A stretch of DNA of 64,000 nt from Eledone cirrhosa (Eukaryota). Numbering within the stretch: the stretch's first letter is position 1; the number at the start of each line of letters is the position of its first letter. The stretch lies in assembly GCA_964016885.1 (NCBI GenBank), contig OZ024742.1, positions 202,988,001 through 203,052,000 of the forward strand, read 5' to 3'. This document shows positions 25,996 to 39,400 of the stretch, in pieces. The position numbers and the translations under genes were made by a program. The notes beneath the pieces are model-generated. The model had not been told where the DNA came from, did no database searches, and saw nothing but the letters and a program-made list of their open reading frames with translations.

Positions 25996-27307
25996 AGGCA
26001 TGCACACTGACGAACAAACGATGGTTCCCTCTGCCTCAGGATACTACTAGAAATAGCAGCCGAATATCCCTCGAATCATACGCTACCGTCTTACTTAAGA
26101 AGAGGAGTCGTTAGATAATATAACCCTACACACACGTAAGATGACAAGGTGCACAGGGCTGGAATGTCTTTCATAATAAATCTGTTCGCGAAGTGATCAG
26201 TGGCGAAGAGAAGGGTGTCAGTTGGGCAAAGGTCGACAATTTTGCGGGTTTCTATTACTTTAAGAGTTCTTCTCACATCAAAGCCTAGTTTAATTCTGTT
26301 TTGTTATTTATAAGTTACTTATGTATGCGACACGTGTATATGCATGAATCGATGAGATTGGACGTGCATTTCGAGGTTGGTGGTATTGATTTACCTTAAC
26401 ACCATTTGAATAACGTACATATTTGTGTCTGCTTAACTGAAACGATCGTAAAATAATGGATTAATACCTACCTTTCTTCTCCTATTCTTTCCTTGTTCAA
26501 CATTATGTAATCGACTTTGTAGATTGAATACTCACTGAGAAGGGCTTTGTTTCAGGAGGGTACCAGGGGACAAGTCGCCCTCACTTTTTCAGGAATGGGG
26601 AACAAACCATCTTTTGTTTTTTGTTTATTTGATATAATAAATTCTTTTTAAGCTTATTTATTTTTTATATCTGAACGTCATTTGAATATATAAAATTTAA
26701 TTAGCGTAAATTTTTGCTTATGTGACAAGGTCCGTAAAAGGCCCCATAAGGAATACTAACATGCTCCTTTAAGAATCAACAGATGTTGATTCTTAAAGGA
26801 GCACGTTGATCAACAGATGTTGATTTGTCCCCCTCACATTTTTAAGGCAAAAGAGACTCACTGATATATATGCAGAGGAAAAAAGCGCCTATCAAAAGCA
26901 GTGAAATTGCGTCCCTGCCCAGCACTGTATTTTCACCTATAGGCGTAATAATTTATATAAATGGTTTAATGATCCAGCCACCATAGTGTTCTCACCCATG
27001 ATAGAGACAGATCATACAAATGAAGGAGTTTCTTTTTTCACTCTTCGACGAGGCTTATTTGACTTTACTAGAACGAGCTCCTAGTCTAAGTGACGCCCTC
27101 TTCATGTGGAGCTCATGGCAGGTGCTATGCTTACCATACCCTAGTTGCACCTCTTCATATGTGTGAGGGGATCATTGTACTAAAGAAGCGGTGGTACTCT
27201 ACATCAATTGAGTATTCACACCAGCACTACACAGAGTTCTAAAACTGTTTGTTATAAGTCCTGCACTGATTCGGCAAATTATTCATGTGTGTATGTAAGT
27301 GTTCATA

Positions 27308-27707
27308 TAAGGGTGGGCTGAAAAGTTCATAAGCTGACTACAGACCTATCAACTCTTCCCGTTAGACGGGGAGTTTTGGAATAGCCTTTAGGGTGAGCAA
27401 GAGATGTCTTCTCTTGTGAAAACCGGTATAGCTTTCATTATGTAAAATCTCCCCATTTTGCCTCATTTCTCCCTGTTTTGGGGCATTTTTTTTTCATAGT
27501 ACTCCTCGTTTGGGTTTTTAGAGGTTAGCAGGACTGTGACTATGAAGGATTGGTGATAGAGCTGTGAAATCTTGTATGCATTAATTTCAACTCTTCTTAA
27601 TAATAACTGCATAGTCTCTTTCCAGGGACTAGGTTGAAAAATAATCCTCGTTTGGTCATTCCATGAGAGTATCTTTGTCAGCCTATGAACTTTTCTGCCG
27701 GCCCTCC
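27308..27707. mobile_element. Mariner-type non-autonomous element
   Basis: TA|TAAGGGTGGGCTGAAAAGTTCATAAGCTGAC ... GTCAGCCTATGAACTTTTCTGCCGGCCCTCC|TA imperfect TIRs. Confidence 0.65.
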
Positions 27708-28131
27708 TACACACACATGCACATACATACATACATATATATGTATGTGTTGAATAAGGACCCATAATATCTATGGACCGGTACAATAGGTGTGGGGTGA
27801 TTAATCTGGCAAACACTTGGATTAATTAATTATATTGGTGCAAAAAAAAACGCCCGCACCTCATTAATTAAACATCTAAACGAAGAAAATTGGTATATAT
27901 ATATATATATACATAGATATACACACACAGTTACATACATTCGCACAAGTAACCTTTACATAAATCATTGAGCTTCCATTACATATGTAAGTTGGACCTA
28001 CATTTCCCATCTGGCCTGGGACTGTTACCAGCTTTGGTAATGGAGCCTATATTTATAGGTCCTCTCAGCTTATTACCAGATTCGCGCGGACCTGTTTGGG
28101 GCTAAATGGCAACAACAATAATATCTAGACA

Positions 28132-28187
<56 letters not shown>

Positions 28188-28373
28188 AAATACATGGCAA
28201 ACTAGCGTATAATTTCTTAGGTATTTGGAGTTTCCCGAAGCAAACTGATGTTACTTCGTTCGTGGTCCACCGACCTGGCTTGTCTCAACCACAGGACAGC
28301 TCGTCTAACCCATGCTAGTGTGGAAAATGGACGTTAAAGGATGATGATGATAATTATTATATATATGTATATA

Positions 28374-28477
28374 TCATATGTGCCAGCGTACAAGTCGGTC
28401 CGACGCATAGGTCGACCCCTGGTTTTGGAGAGATATTTTAAAGATCCAAATGTCGACTTATACGCCGGCATATAAGG
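28374..28477. mobile_element. Small pogo/Tc2-type MITE
   Basis: TA|TCATATGTGCCAGCGTACAAGTCG ... CGACTTATACGCCGGCATATAAGG|TA imperfect TIRs. Confidence 0.6.
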
Positions 28478-28487
28478 TATATATATA

Positions 28488-28668
28488 ATTATTTATACTT
28501 TTGGCACAAGGCCAGCAATTATAACAGTACATTACTGGTACTTTATTTTATCGACACCGTAAGGATGAAAAACAAAGTTAACCTCAGCGGGATTTGAACT
28601 CAGATCATAAAGGGAGGTAACTCTATGCTACGCATGGCGTCCGACCCTCTAGGGATATTGCCAATCCA
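28488..28668 (-). mobile_element. Octopus-type tRNA SINE
   Basis: Near full-length reverse copy with A/B boxes. Confidence 0.8.
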
Positions 28669-29019
28669 TTTCACTTTATAATACATTTACTGCGTTCCCG
28701 CCACCGCCAATATGATTCAACATTAAAGATGGATAAGTTGCATAACGTCGAGTGGTTTTCTCATATTACGTCATGATTAACACTGCAGAATGACCAATTC
28801 TACTCAATGGTAAACCACCAAATTTAAACGTATATATATCATCATCATCATTTCATTTTGCGTCCGCTTTTCCCTGCTTGCAAGGGTGGGACGGGAACTG
28901 ATTCTGACTTGATTTCTACAGCTGGATGCCCTTCCTAACACCAACCTCATTTACAGTGAGTGATGGGTGCTTTTTTGCTGTGGCACCTCCATGACCACTT
29001 TGCAGTGGAGTGATATATA

Positions 29020-29863
<844 letters not shown>

Positions 29864-30009
29864 TTTTGAGTTTATGTTGGTTGTATACCAACACCTCAGT
29901 ATGCAGGCTGGAGCACTCGACGAAGTGCGCAGGTTGGTTTGGTTACTCCGGAGTAGTGTAAAATAAAGTTAAATAAAAGTCAAATGATTAAAATTTAGCT
30001 TCGTTTATT

Positions 30010-30064
30010 ACTGCTATATATATTTCAGTGACAGCCATCTTTGGCTGTGACCTCTTCAGGCAGT
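30010..30064 (-). ncRNA. Penelope pLTR hammerhead ribozyme
   Basis: Reverse complement of 31884-31938; same sense as the GIY-YIG ORF and downstream of it. Confidence 0.85.
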
Positions 30065-31260
30065 TTGAATTAGTATGGTATAGACAAGTACATATGTTGT
30101 TTAGGTGTATGATATTGTCAATACTCTGATATGCCCAGTTCCTTGTTGGGTTGTTAATTCACTGGGGAACTGGAGTCATATGAATTCAAACAAACGAATT
30201 TTAGTGTCACAGGTCCCCTTCTCCTCTCATTGGTCAGTTATTAGTGTTGTCATTGTTGGAGTTAGCTTAAAAATTGATAAAATGGTAGAAGGGACAAGGT
30301 GTTGAAGGAACAAAATATCAAAAAATGTGTCAAACTTCCCATTGTTCAGTTCTGAGAGCATTCCTCAGTCAGAAGTCTATAGAATTCTTTCTGGGGTGAG
30401 GCTCCCTGTAGTGTTTATGCCTGCTATTGTTCAGTACATTTGACCTCCACCATTATTTTGGTACTGTTGTTGTTGTAGTGGTCAGCTTATATCTTGCTGC
30501 TGCTAACAATTTAGAAGTATTCAGTTTGTGTTTTCTCTTCATCCCACCCGCCACCATCGTAGTGGTGGTGGCGGGGGGGGGGGGGGGGTTATTTCATGTA
30601 TATGAAGAAATATAAGGCAATAAATGAAGAAAACAGAAGATAAATAAATAATATAATAAAATAAAATAATTAATATAATTTGTGTAATTTGAAAATAAAT
30701 AAATAAATAGAGAATAAAGAATAAAGAGTAAATGAGAGATTGGTGAAAAAGTAATGATAATGTATATGGAGAAGTGAGAAATAATGTAGGATAAAGTGTG
30801 TGTGTGTGTGTGCTATAACCAATCTCAAGGTCAGAATATGTTGGATAGATTGGTATGATACAAGATGTTAAGATGAGATATTCAATGTGTTTGTGTTATA
30901 ATCTATCTCAACTTAAAATAAATATAAATATAAGGTTATACAGTGAAGAGGGCAGAAAACAAATAACAAATTAATATAGAGAAATCAAGATTTAAGATTG
31001 GAACTTTAAAGTCAGAAATCTGGTAAATTAAAAGTGTTTGTGTTATAGATGTTGGCCAGATTATTATGGCTGTGTCCGATTCTGTCTCTAGGCTATCATG
31101 GTGTCTGCTCCGCCTGGGTTGTTCCCTATGGCTTGAGGGGAGTTCACAACCTAGGGTGTTGTAACTGTCCATATAGCTTGAGGGAGGTCTGGCCGAGAGG
31201 TGTTTTCATGTTCTGTAGAAGTCCCTATAGCTTGAGGGGAGTTCACATCTTCTTGTGTTG

Positions 31261-31710
31261 CTACTGTCCATATATTTTGAGAAAGGTCCCGGCTCTAAGG
31301 TGTCTGCATGTCCCGAAGAAGTCGGTTCTGAGGTTTATCAGGCCGCTTCCACCTCTTAGTATCTCGAGGGTCTCGTTCAGGCATAGTTTGCATATGCAAG
31401 ATCCCCCTTTATCGGGTGGTACTTTCCTGATTATGTACCAGGCCAGAGAGTATGGGGTCCTGTCCAGCTTAAGCTTCCAGATCAGGTCGGAGAGAGCTGT
31501 GCTTTTCCTTTTGGCCTCCTTCTTGAATGAATGGCGATGGTTGTACCAGCGGTCCTTAAAGCTCGTTGATGTGGCTCCTATGTAGAGGTGTTCGGAGTTG
31601 GGGGTTTTAACCCTACAACCGTACACTATGTTCTTCTTGAGACATTCATTACCAAGGGGGCATGATTCGGGGTTTCTACAGTTGCAGAGGGTGGGCGGCC
31701 TCTGCGTGCT
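31261..31710 (-). pseudogene. Penelope-like GIY-YIG endonuclease, C-terminal fragment
   Basis: Frame reads LCNCRNPESCPLGNECLKKNIVYGCRV..LYIGATSTSFKDRWYNHRHSF..TALSDLIWKLK..CKLCLNE..LINLR..CRH: VY/YIG motifs, conserved R, H, E and N. Confidence 0.85.
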
Positions 31711-31883
31711 TAGACCAATGAGAGGAGAAGGGGACCTGTGACACTAAAATTCGTTTGTTTGAATTCATATGACTCCAGTTCCCCAGTGAATTAACAACCC
31801 AACAAGGAACTGGGCATATCAGAGTATTGACAATATCATACACCTAAACAACATATGTACTTGTCTATACCATACTAATTCAA

Positions 31884-31938
31884 ACTGCCTGAAGAGGTCA
31901 CAGCCAAAGATGGCTGTCACTGAAATATATATAGCAGT
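31884..31938 (+). ncRNA. Penelope pLTR hammerhead ribozyme (inverted copy)
   Basis: ACTGC-CTGAAGA-GGTCACAGCCA aaga TGGCTGTCACT-GAAA-TATATA-TA^GCAGT. Confidence 0.85.
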
Positions 31939-31982
31939 AATAAACGAAGCTAAATTTTAATCATTTGACTTTTATTTAACTT

Positions 31983-32027
<45 letters not shown>

Positions 32028-32488
32028 CATGCTACTGTACGTCTGTATACATATATGTGTATGTACGTATACATGCATACTTATATATATATATATATAT
32101 ATATTGGTAAACGGAATAGAAAATGCTGACAAATTGTTCACAGTTGAACAATGGTTTAATTAGGAATAAAAGAGTATTAGTGATTGTATGGGTTAGTATT
32201 CAGTTGTGGTTTTAAGTTTATATATATATATATACAAGCGGAAGCTTAGTAAAACCGAAGCTTTGGCTCTGTGTGTGTGTGTGTAAAAGGTAAACAGAAA
32301 TAACAATACAATCGGTACAGTATATGGAAATAATATATAAATACCTGCTTGAAATAGCAGGAAGAGGGTCTTGACGTTTCTTCATCAGGAGAAAGAATGA
32401 GAGAGAAATAAGATAGATTGAAGGGGGGGGGGGGGGGTATTTGAAAAAATATCTTTAGATAAAAATAACAGGCCCATTCATGTTGACA

Positions 32489-32524
<36 letters not shown>

Positions 32525-32771
32525 AGAGAGAGAGGGAGAGAGAGAAAGGTGGTGCCCCAGCATGGCCACAGTCTAATGACTGCAAAACCAGTGATGGGAT
32601 GAAAGGATAAAGACTGAAACAAATTCTGTCTTCACCTCTTCTCCCAGTCTTCCCGTACCTCTGTCTCTCGACATCTCTCTCTTTTTCCTCTCTCTCTTCT
32701 ACATTCATATCTTCCTTGCTATTACATTCTCCTCCTTCGACCTTATCTCTTCCGTCTTCTCTCCCACCCTT

Positions 32772-32846
<75 letters not shown>

Positions 32847-33167
32847 TATATATATAAAGAAAAAGAGATGAAATCGAAAATGCAACTGGAGTCTTATTTT
32901 TTTTTTAAATATATATATTTATTTGGTTCCTTTACCGGTTTCGCAGTTCTTCTGCTTTTCAAAAGTAGAGTTGAGATGGAGGGTCTGTGGTTTTTCTCAC
33001 ATCTGGTTGGTCTCTGAATGTTACTTGTTTTATATGAGAAAAGTGGCTGGAAATGCCAGGTTTTTAGAGAAGTAATTTGATTGGTTTGTCAATAATTATA
33101 ATAAATTTCGCACCAGTTCGCGTTACAATAGTTTTCATGTTTTTTCATTTTGTAAAATTACCCTCAC

Positions 33168-33247
<80 letters not shown>

Positions 33248-33345
33248 TGGTACTGCTGAGTGGATGTTGTTTATCTACACCTGTGAGTGTAAGTGTGTCT
33301 GATAGTACGCATATGTAGGTAGGTATAACTGTATATATATATATA

Positions 33346-33416
<71 letters not shown>

Positions 33417-33499
33417 TCAGCGGAGAGGATGTAGATTGATCGCTATCGTTTTTTAATTATAGACGCCTTATAACTGTGTGTGTGTGCGTACGAGTATAT

Positions 33500-33582
<83 letters not shown>

Positions 33583-33733
33583 TGTATGTATAGTATATTT
33601 GGCAATATACCGTATGTTTAATTAAAAACATTTTGAAGACCATACGCTATCGGTTTTAAAGTAGTGACTATGTCACTTACGTCTTTTCGGCGAAAGAAGG
33701 GAGAGAAGCTAACAGTCTGTTTCACGCTGTTGG

Positions 33734-33770
<37 letters not shown>

Positions 33771-34309
33771 AACATTGAAATAGAATGCATCGCTGTAACT
33801 TTTTGATTAAATAAAGTAGTCGATAAGTTTATAGAAAAGCACTCGCAGAAGTTCGCTAAGAAATTTTTTGTTGGATTCATAGGGACCCCCCCCCCACCCC
33901 ACCCCACACACACACAACACTTCTGTTTACGGGGAAAAAGTCGATTATGGGCAAACGAAGATAAATTTAGGTTAATCAACTTTGGAAAAGCGGATACATT
34001 TAAGTTACCATACACACTTCCTTACATAAAATACCTGGAGCATGAATCAACACCAGAGAGTTTGGAATAATTGTCGAAAACAACTTAAGCTTGAGTACCT
34101 ATATAAAGAACAAAGTGACATGAGATTCCTCCAAGAAATTCAGGATAAACCACCTAAACCAATAACTCTTTACTGGAGTGGGCTATGGTCTCTAAATCAG
34201 AACTGACGTGTGAATCAAAATCAGAAAAACGTTGCCTTATGATGTTATTAAGTGTTAGACATGACCTGGGCCAATACTGACAGAAGACTATCAAAGTTAC
34301 CGAAATCAA

Positions 34310-34354
<45 letters not shown>

Positions 34355-34432
34355 CCCGGGTTCAATCGGAGGTAACCACAGTAAGTAAGGTACACAATAC
34401 AAAGCAGAGTATAAATATTTAATATAGAAATG

Positions 34433-34481
34433 GCTTCTACACGACCAGAACTGTTTCATTCTTGAGAAATCATCAGGAAGC
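34433..34481 (-). ncRNA. Type I hammerhead ribozyme motif (family D)
   Basis: Minus strand: GCTTC-CTGATGA-TTTCT ca AGAAT-GAAA-CA gttctggtcg TG-TA^GAAGC. Confidence 0.65.
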
Positions 34482-34484
34482 TTG

Positions 34485-34680
34485 CACACTGACCAAGAAA
34501 CTCACTCAGATGGTGGATGGATGCTACACGAGAATGTTGAGGATGGCTCTGAACATTAATCAGTATACACTGAGGATGAAAAACTCAGAGCTCTAAGGTA
34601 GCCTCCCAAAAGTAAGCTCAAAAGTGACACAGAGGAGATTGAGGTTAGCTGGACATGCTCATCGACATCCAGAGTTGATA
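34485..34680 (+). pseudogene. RTE-like LINE ORF2 fragment
   Basis: Reads TLTKKLTQMVDGCYTRMLRMALNI..SEL*GSLPKVS..RRLRLAGHAHRHPEL. Confidence 0.65.
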
Positions 34681-34888
34681 TATACACGCACACACACACA
34701 CATATATATATAGGCCAGTTAAGCCTGAAATGCATAGACGGTTGTCCCCCTTGCTTCTGCTGGACATCACTAGAGGGCGTTAGACCCCCGGTGTTTGCAT
34801 AGCTACGGCTACCTAAAACTGTATTTCTTTGGAGATACGAAATATTTATACATATTGTATAAAGCTATGCTTGAAGCGAAATCCTATT

Positions 34889-34947
<59 letters not shown>

Positions 34948-35219
34948 TGCATCTATATCACGGGGTGCAACAGGTGTCTTGCCGTCAACGTATAAGCTAT
35001 TGTGGGGTTCTCTGTGGATTTCGGGGATTTTCAAATGATTATGTGTAAGATATGATATAATATGAATGGGAAGGGGGAGGGTAATTGAGATATTTTTTGA
35101 TGGACCTTAGGCATTTTGAAATGCTTATATGTATGCTGCTATGGTATACATGTGGGACAATCAAGTATTCTCTGTAGGCTTCAGATCCACTCAAATGTTT
35201 AAATGAGAAGAAGAAAATT

Positions 35220-35490
35220 TGCAAGTCTACTATGAAGCATATGTTTAGAATGTCTTAGGAAAGATTTGCTGGACAGATTTTACAGACAAAACCGACCGGC
35301 AAGAGACCCACGTATAGACCCCGAGTAAGATTGTTAGATAACATGCATGATCTAGGCTGGTCCCCGTTGGGGAGCCAGCCGGATCAGTTGGAGACGGTTG
35401 CTTCTGATAGGAGATGCTGGAAGGAGTGTTTGAGGTCTCTGCCTCGACGACCCATTCAGACCCACTCAGGAATAAGTGTAAAAAGAAGCT
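35220..35490 (+). pseudogene. RTE (Expander/Rex3-like) C-terminal fragment
   Basis: GKRPTYRPRVRLLDNMHDLGWSPLG..LETVASDRRCWKECLRSLPRRP. Confidence 0.6.
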
Positions 35491-35552
35491 GGCTTGTCCC
35501 CTGTTACTGTCTGACTGGTTGTTGACTTCAATTGCAGCAGCAGCAACAGTAA

Positions 35553-35609
<57 letters not shown>

Positions 35610-35614
35610 AAGAA

Positions 35615-35649
<35 letters not shown>

Positions 35650-35823
35650 AAATGAAGGTTGTAGTGGCTGCTTCATATTGTTTTATACTTTTCTACGATT
35701 CTGACAGCCCCCCCCCCCCTACACACACACATACACACGCTCTCAATAACAATAACTGCTATGTTGGGCCTCGGCAGTGGTGTATGTAGGTCAAAGCTTT
35801 CTTTACTTCACTATTGTGAGAAG

Positions 35824-36005
35824 GTCGGTGAATTGGCAGTATCGGTAGAGGGTCGGACGCCATGCTTCCAATTACGTCCCTTTACGGTCTGAGTTCAAAT
35901 ACCGTCGAGGTTAACTTTTCCTTTCATCCTTACGGGGTCGATAAAATATAGTACCAGTAATGTACTGGTTAATTGCTAGCCTTGTGCCAAAAGTAGAAAC
36001 AACTA
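35824..36005 (+). mobile_element. Octopus-type tRNA SINE
   Basis: A box, B box GAGTTCAAATAC and core; tail-to-tail with the copy at 36133-36319. Confidence 0.8.
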
Positions 36006-36132
36006 TTGTGAGGGCATCATGTGGGTCAATGTGATGTTGGGTTGTTTTGCAGACTTGCACGTTTATGATATATTTTATGTATGTTATGTCCTTATGGATA
36101 AATGAATTCACTGCAACAGGGTAATAACAATA

Positions 36133-36319
36133 TAATTGTTTATACTTTAGGCACAAGGCCAGCAATTACCCAGTGCATTACTGGTACTTTATTTTATCGA
36201 CCCCGTAAGGATAAAAGCAAAGTCAAGCTCGGCGGGATTTGAACTCAGATCGTAAAGGGACGTAACTATGCTGGAAAGCATGGCGTCTGACCCTCTACCG
36301 ATACTGCCAATCCACCGCC
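36133..36319 (-). mobile_element. Octopus-type tRNA SINE (full length)
   Basis: Minus strand starts GGCGGTGGATTGGCAGTATCGGTAG. Confidence 0.8.
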
Positions 36320-36431
36320 TTTGTGTAATAACAATATAATGGAAACAAACGGCAATAACCACACGTAACGGAACAACAATCTTTTAAGAACCAACAATCC
36401 AACACACTAACTCGAACTGTTAACTTCAACT

Positions 36432-39400
36432 CCAACTTTGACTATCAGCACACGAACTGTGGAACTAGTACCAACTTTGACTATCACCATACGAACTGTG
36501 GAATTAGTACCAACTTTGACTATCAACACACGAACTGTGGGACGAGTACCAACTTTGACTATCAACACAAGAACTGTGGGACTAGTACCAACTTTGACTA
36601 TCAATACACGAACTGTGGAACTATTACCAACTTTGACTATCAACACACGAACTGTGGAACTAGAACCAACTTTGACTATCAATACACGAACTGTGGAACT
36701 AGTACCAACTTTGACTATCAACACACGAACTGTGGAACTAGTGCCAACTTTGACTATCAACACACGAACTGTGGAACTAGTACCAACTTTGACTATCCAC
36801 GCTCGAACTGTGGAACTAGTACCAACTTTGACTATCAACACACGAACTGTGGAACTAGTACCAACTTTGACTATCAACACTCGAACTGTGGAACTAGTAC
36901 CAACTTTGCCTATCAACACACGAACTGTGGAACTAGTACCAACTTTGACTATCGACGCCCGAACTGTGGAACTAGTACCAACTTTGACTATCAACACACG
37001 AACTGTGGGACTAGTACCAACTTTGACAATCACCATACGAAGTGTGGAACTAGTACCAACTTTGACTATCACCATACGAAGTGTGGAACTAGTACCAACT
37101 TTGACTATCAACACCTCGAACTGTGTAACTAGTATCAACTTTGACTATCGACAGCCGAAATGTGGAACTAGTACCAACTTTGACAATCAACATACGAACT
37201 GTGGAACTAGTACCAACTTTAACTATCACCGTACGAACTGTGGAACTAGTACCAACTTTGACTATCAACATACGAACTGTGGAACTAGTACCAACTTTGA
37301 CTATCACCATACGAACTGTGGAACTAGTACCAACATTTGCTATCAACATACAAACTGTGGAACTAGTACAACTTTGACTATCGACGCCCGAAGTATGGAA
37401 CTAGTACCACCTTTGACTATCAACACACGAACTGTGGAACTAGTACCAACTTTGACTATCAACACACGAACTGTGGAACTAGTACCAACTTTGACTATCG
37501 ACGCCCGAAGTGTGGAACTAGTACCAACTTTGACTATCAACATACGAACTGTGGAACTAGGACCAACTTTGACTATCAATACACGAACTGTGGAACTAGT
37601 ACCAACTTTGACTATCAACACACGAACTGTGGAACTAGTGCCAACTTTGACTATCAACATACGAACTTTGGAACTAGTACCAACTTTGACTATCGACGCC
37701 CGAACTGTGGAACTTGTACCAACTTTGACAATCAACATACGAACTGTGGAACTAGTACCAACTTTGACTATCAACACACGAACTGTGGGACTAGTACCAA
37801 CTTTGACAATCACCATACGAAGTGTGGAACTAGTACCAACTTTGACTATCACCATACGAAGTGTGGAACTAGTAACAACTTTGACTATCAACACACGAAC
37901 TGTGGAACTAGTATCAACTTTGACTATCGACAGCCGAACTGTGGAACTAGTACCAACTTTGACAATCAACATACGAACTGTGGGACTAGTACCAACTTTG
38001 ACAATCAACATACGAACTGTGGAACTAGTACTAACTTTGACTATCGCCATACGAACTGTGGAACTAGTACCAACTTTGACTATGGACGGCAGAACTGTGG
38101 AACTAGTACCAACTTTGACTATCAACACACGAACTGTGGAACTAGTACCAACTTTGACTATCAACACACGAACTGTGGGACTAGTACCAACTTTGACAAT
38201 CACCATACGAAGTGTGGAACTAGTACCAACTTTGACTATCACCATACGAAGTGTGGAACTAGTAACAACTTTGACTATCAACACACGAACTGTGGAACTA
38301 GTATCAACTTTGACTATCGACAGCCGAACTGTGGAACTAGTACCAACTTTGACAATCAACATACGAACTGTGGGACTAGTACCAACTTTGACAATCAACA
38401 TACGAACTGTGGAACTAGTACTAACTTTGACTATCGCCATACGAACTGTGGAACTAGTACCAACTTTGACTATCAACATACGAACTGTGGAACTAGTACC
38501 AACTTTGACTATCACCATACGAACTGTGGAACTAGTACCAACATTGACTATCAACATACAAACTGTGGAACTAGTACAACTTTGACTATCAACACACGAA
38601 CTGTGGAACTAGTGCCAACTTTGACTATCAACACACGAACTGTGGAACTAGTACCAACTTTGACTATCCACGCTCGAACTGTGGAACTAGTACCAACTTT
38701 GACTATCAACACACGAACTGTGGAACTAGTACCAACTTTGACTAGCAACACACGAACTGTGGAACTAGTACCACCTTTGACAATCACCATACGAAGTGTG
38801 GAACTAGTACCAACTTTGACTATCACCATACGAACTGTGGAACTAGTACCAACTTTGACTATCACCATGCGAACTGTGGAACTAGTACCAACATTGACTA
38901 TCAACATACAAACTGTGGAACTAGTACCAACTTTGACTATCAACACACGAACAGTGGAACTAGTACCAACTTTGACTATCAACACACGAACTGTCGAACT
39001 AGTACCAACTTTGACTACCGACGCCAGAACTGTGGAACTAGTACCAACTTTGACAATCAACACACGAACTGTGGAACTAGTACCACCTTTGACTATCAAC
39101 ACACGAACTGTGGAACTAGTACCAACTTTGACAATCAACACACGAACTGTGGAACTAGTACCAACTTTGACTATCGACGGCCGAACTGTGGAACTAGTAC
39201 CAACTTTGACTATCAACACACGAACTGTGGAACTAGTACCAACTTTGACTATCGACGCCCGAACTGTGGAATTAGTAGCAACTTTGACTATCTACATACG
39301 AATTGTGGAACTAGTACCAACTTTGACTATCAACACACGAACTGTGGAACTAGTACCAACTTTGACTATCGACGCCCGAAGTGTGGAACTAGTACCACCT

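Larger units (their letters stand above)
29959..31989 (-). mobile_element. 5'-truncated Penelope-like element with inverted pseudo-LTRs
   Basis: GIY-YIG ORF remnant; 277-bp inverted repeats (29959-30235 and 31713-31989), each containing a hammerhead; flanked by (TA)n. Confidence 0.85.

Noticed and set aside
32365-32400. Minus-strand CTGATGA-A-GAAACGTC as a hammerhead
   Set aside because: No stem II between the boxes; at best a deleted relic.
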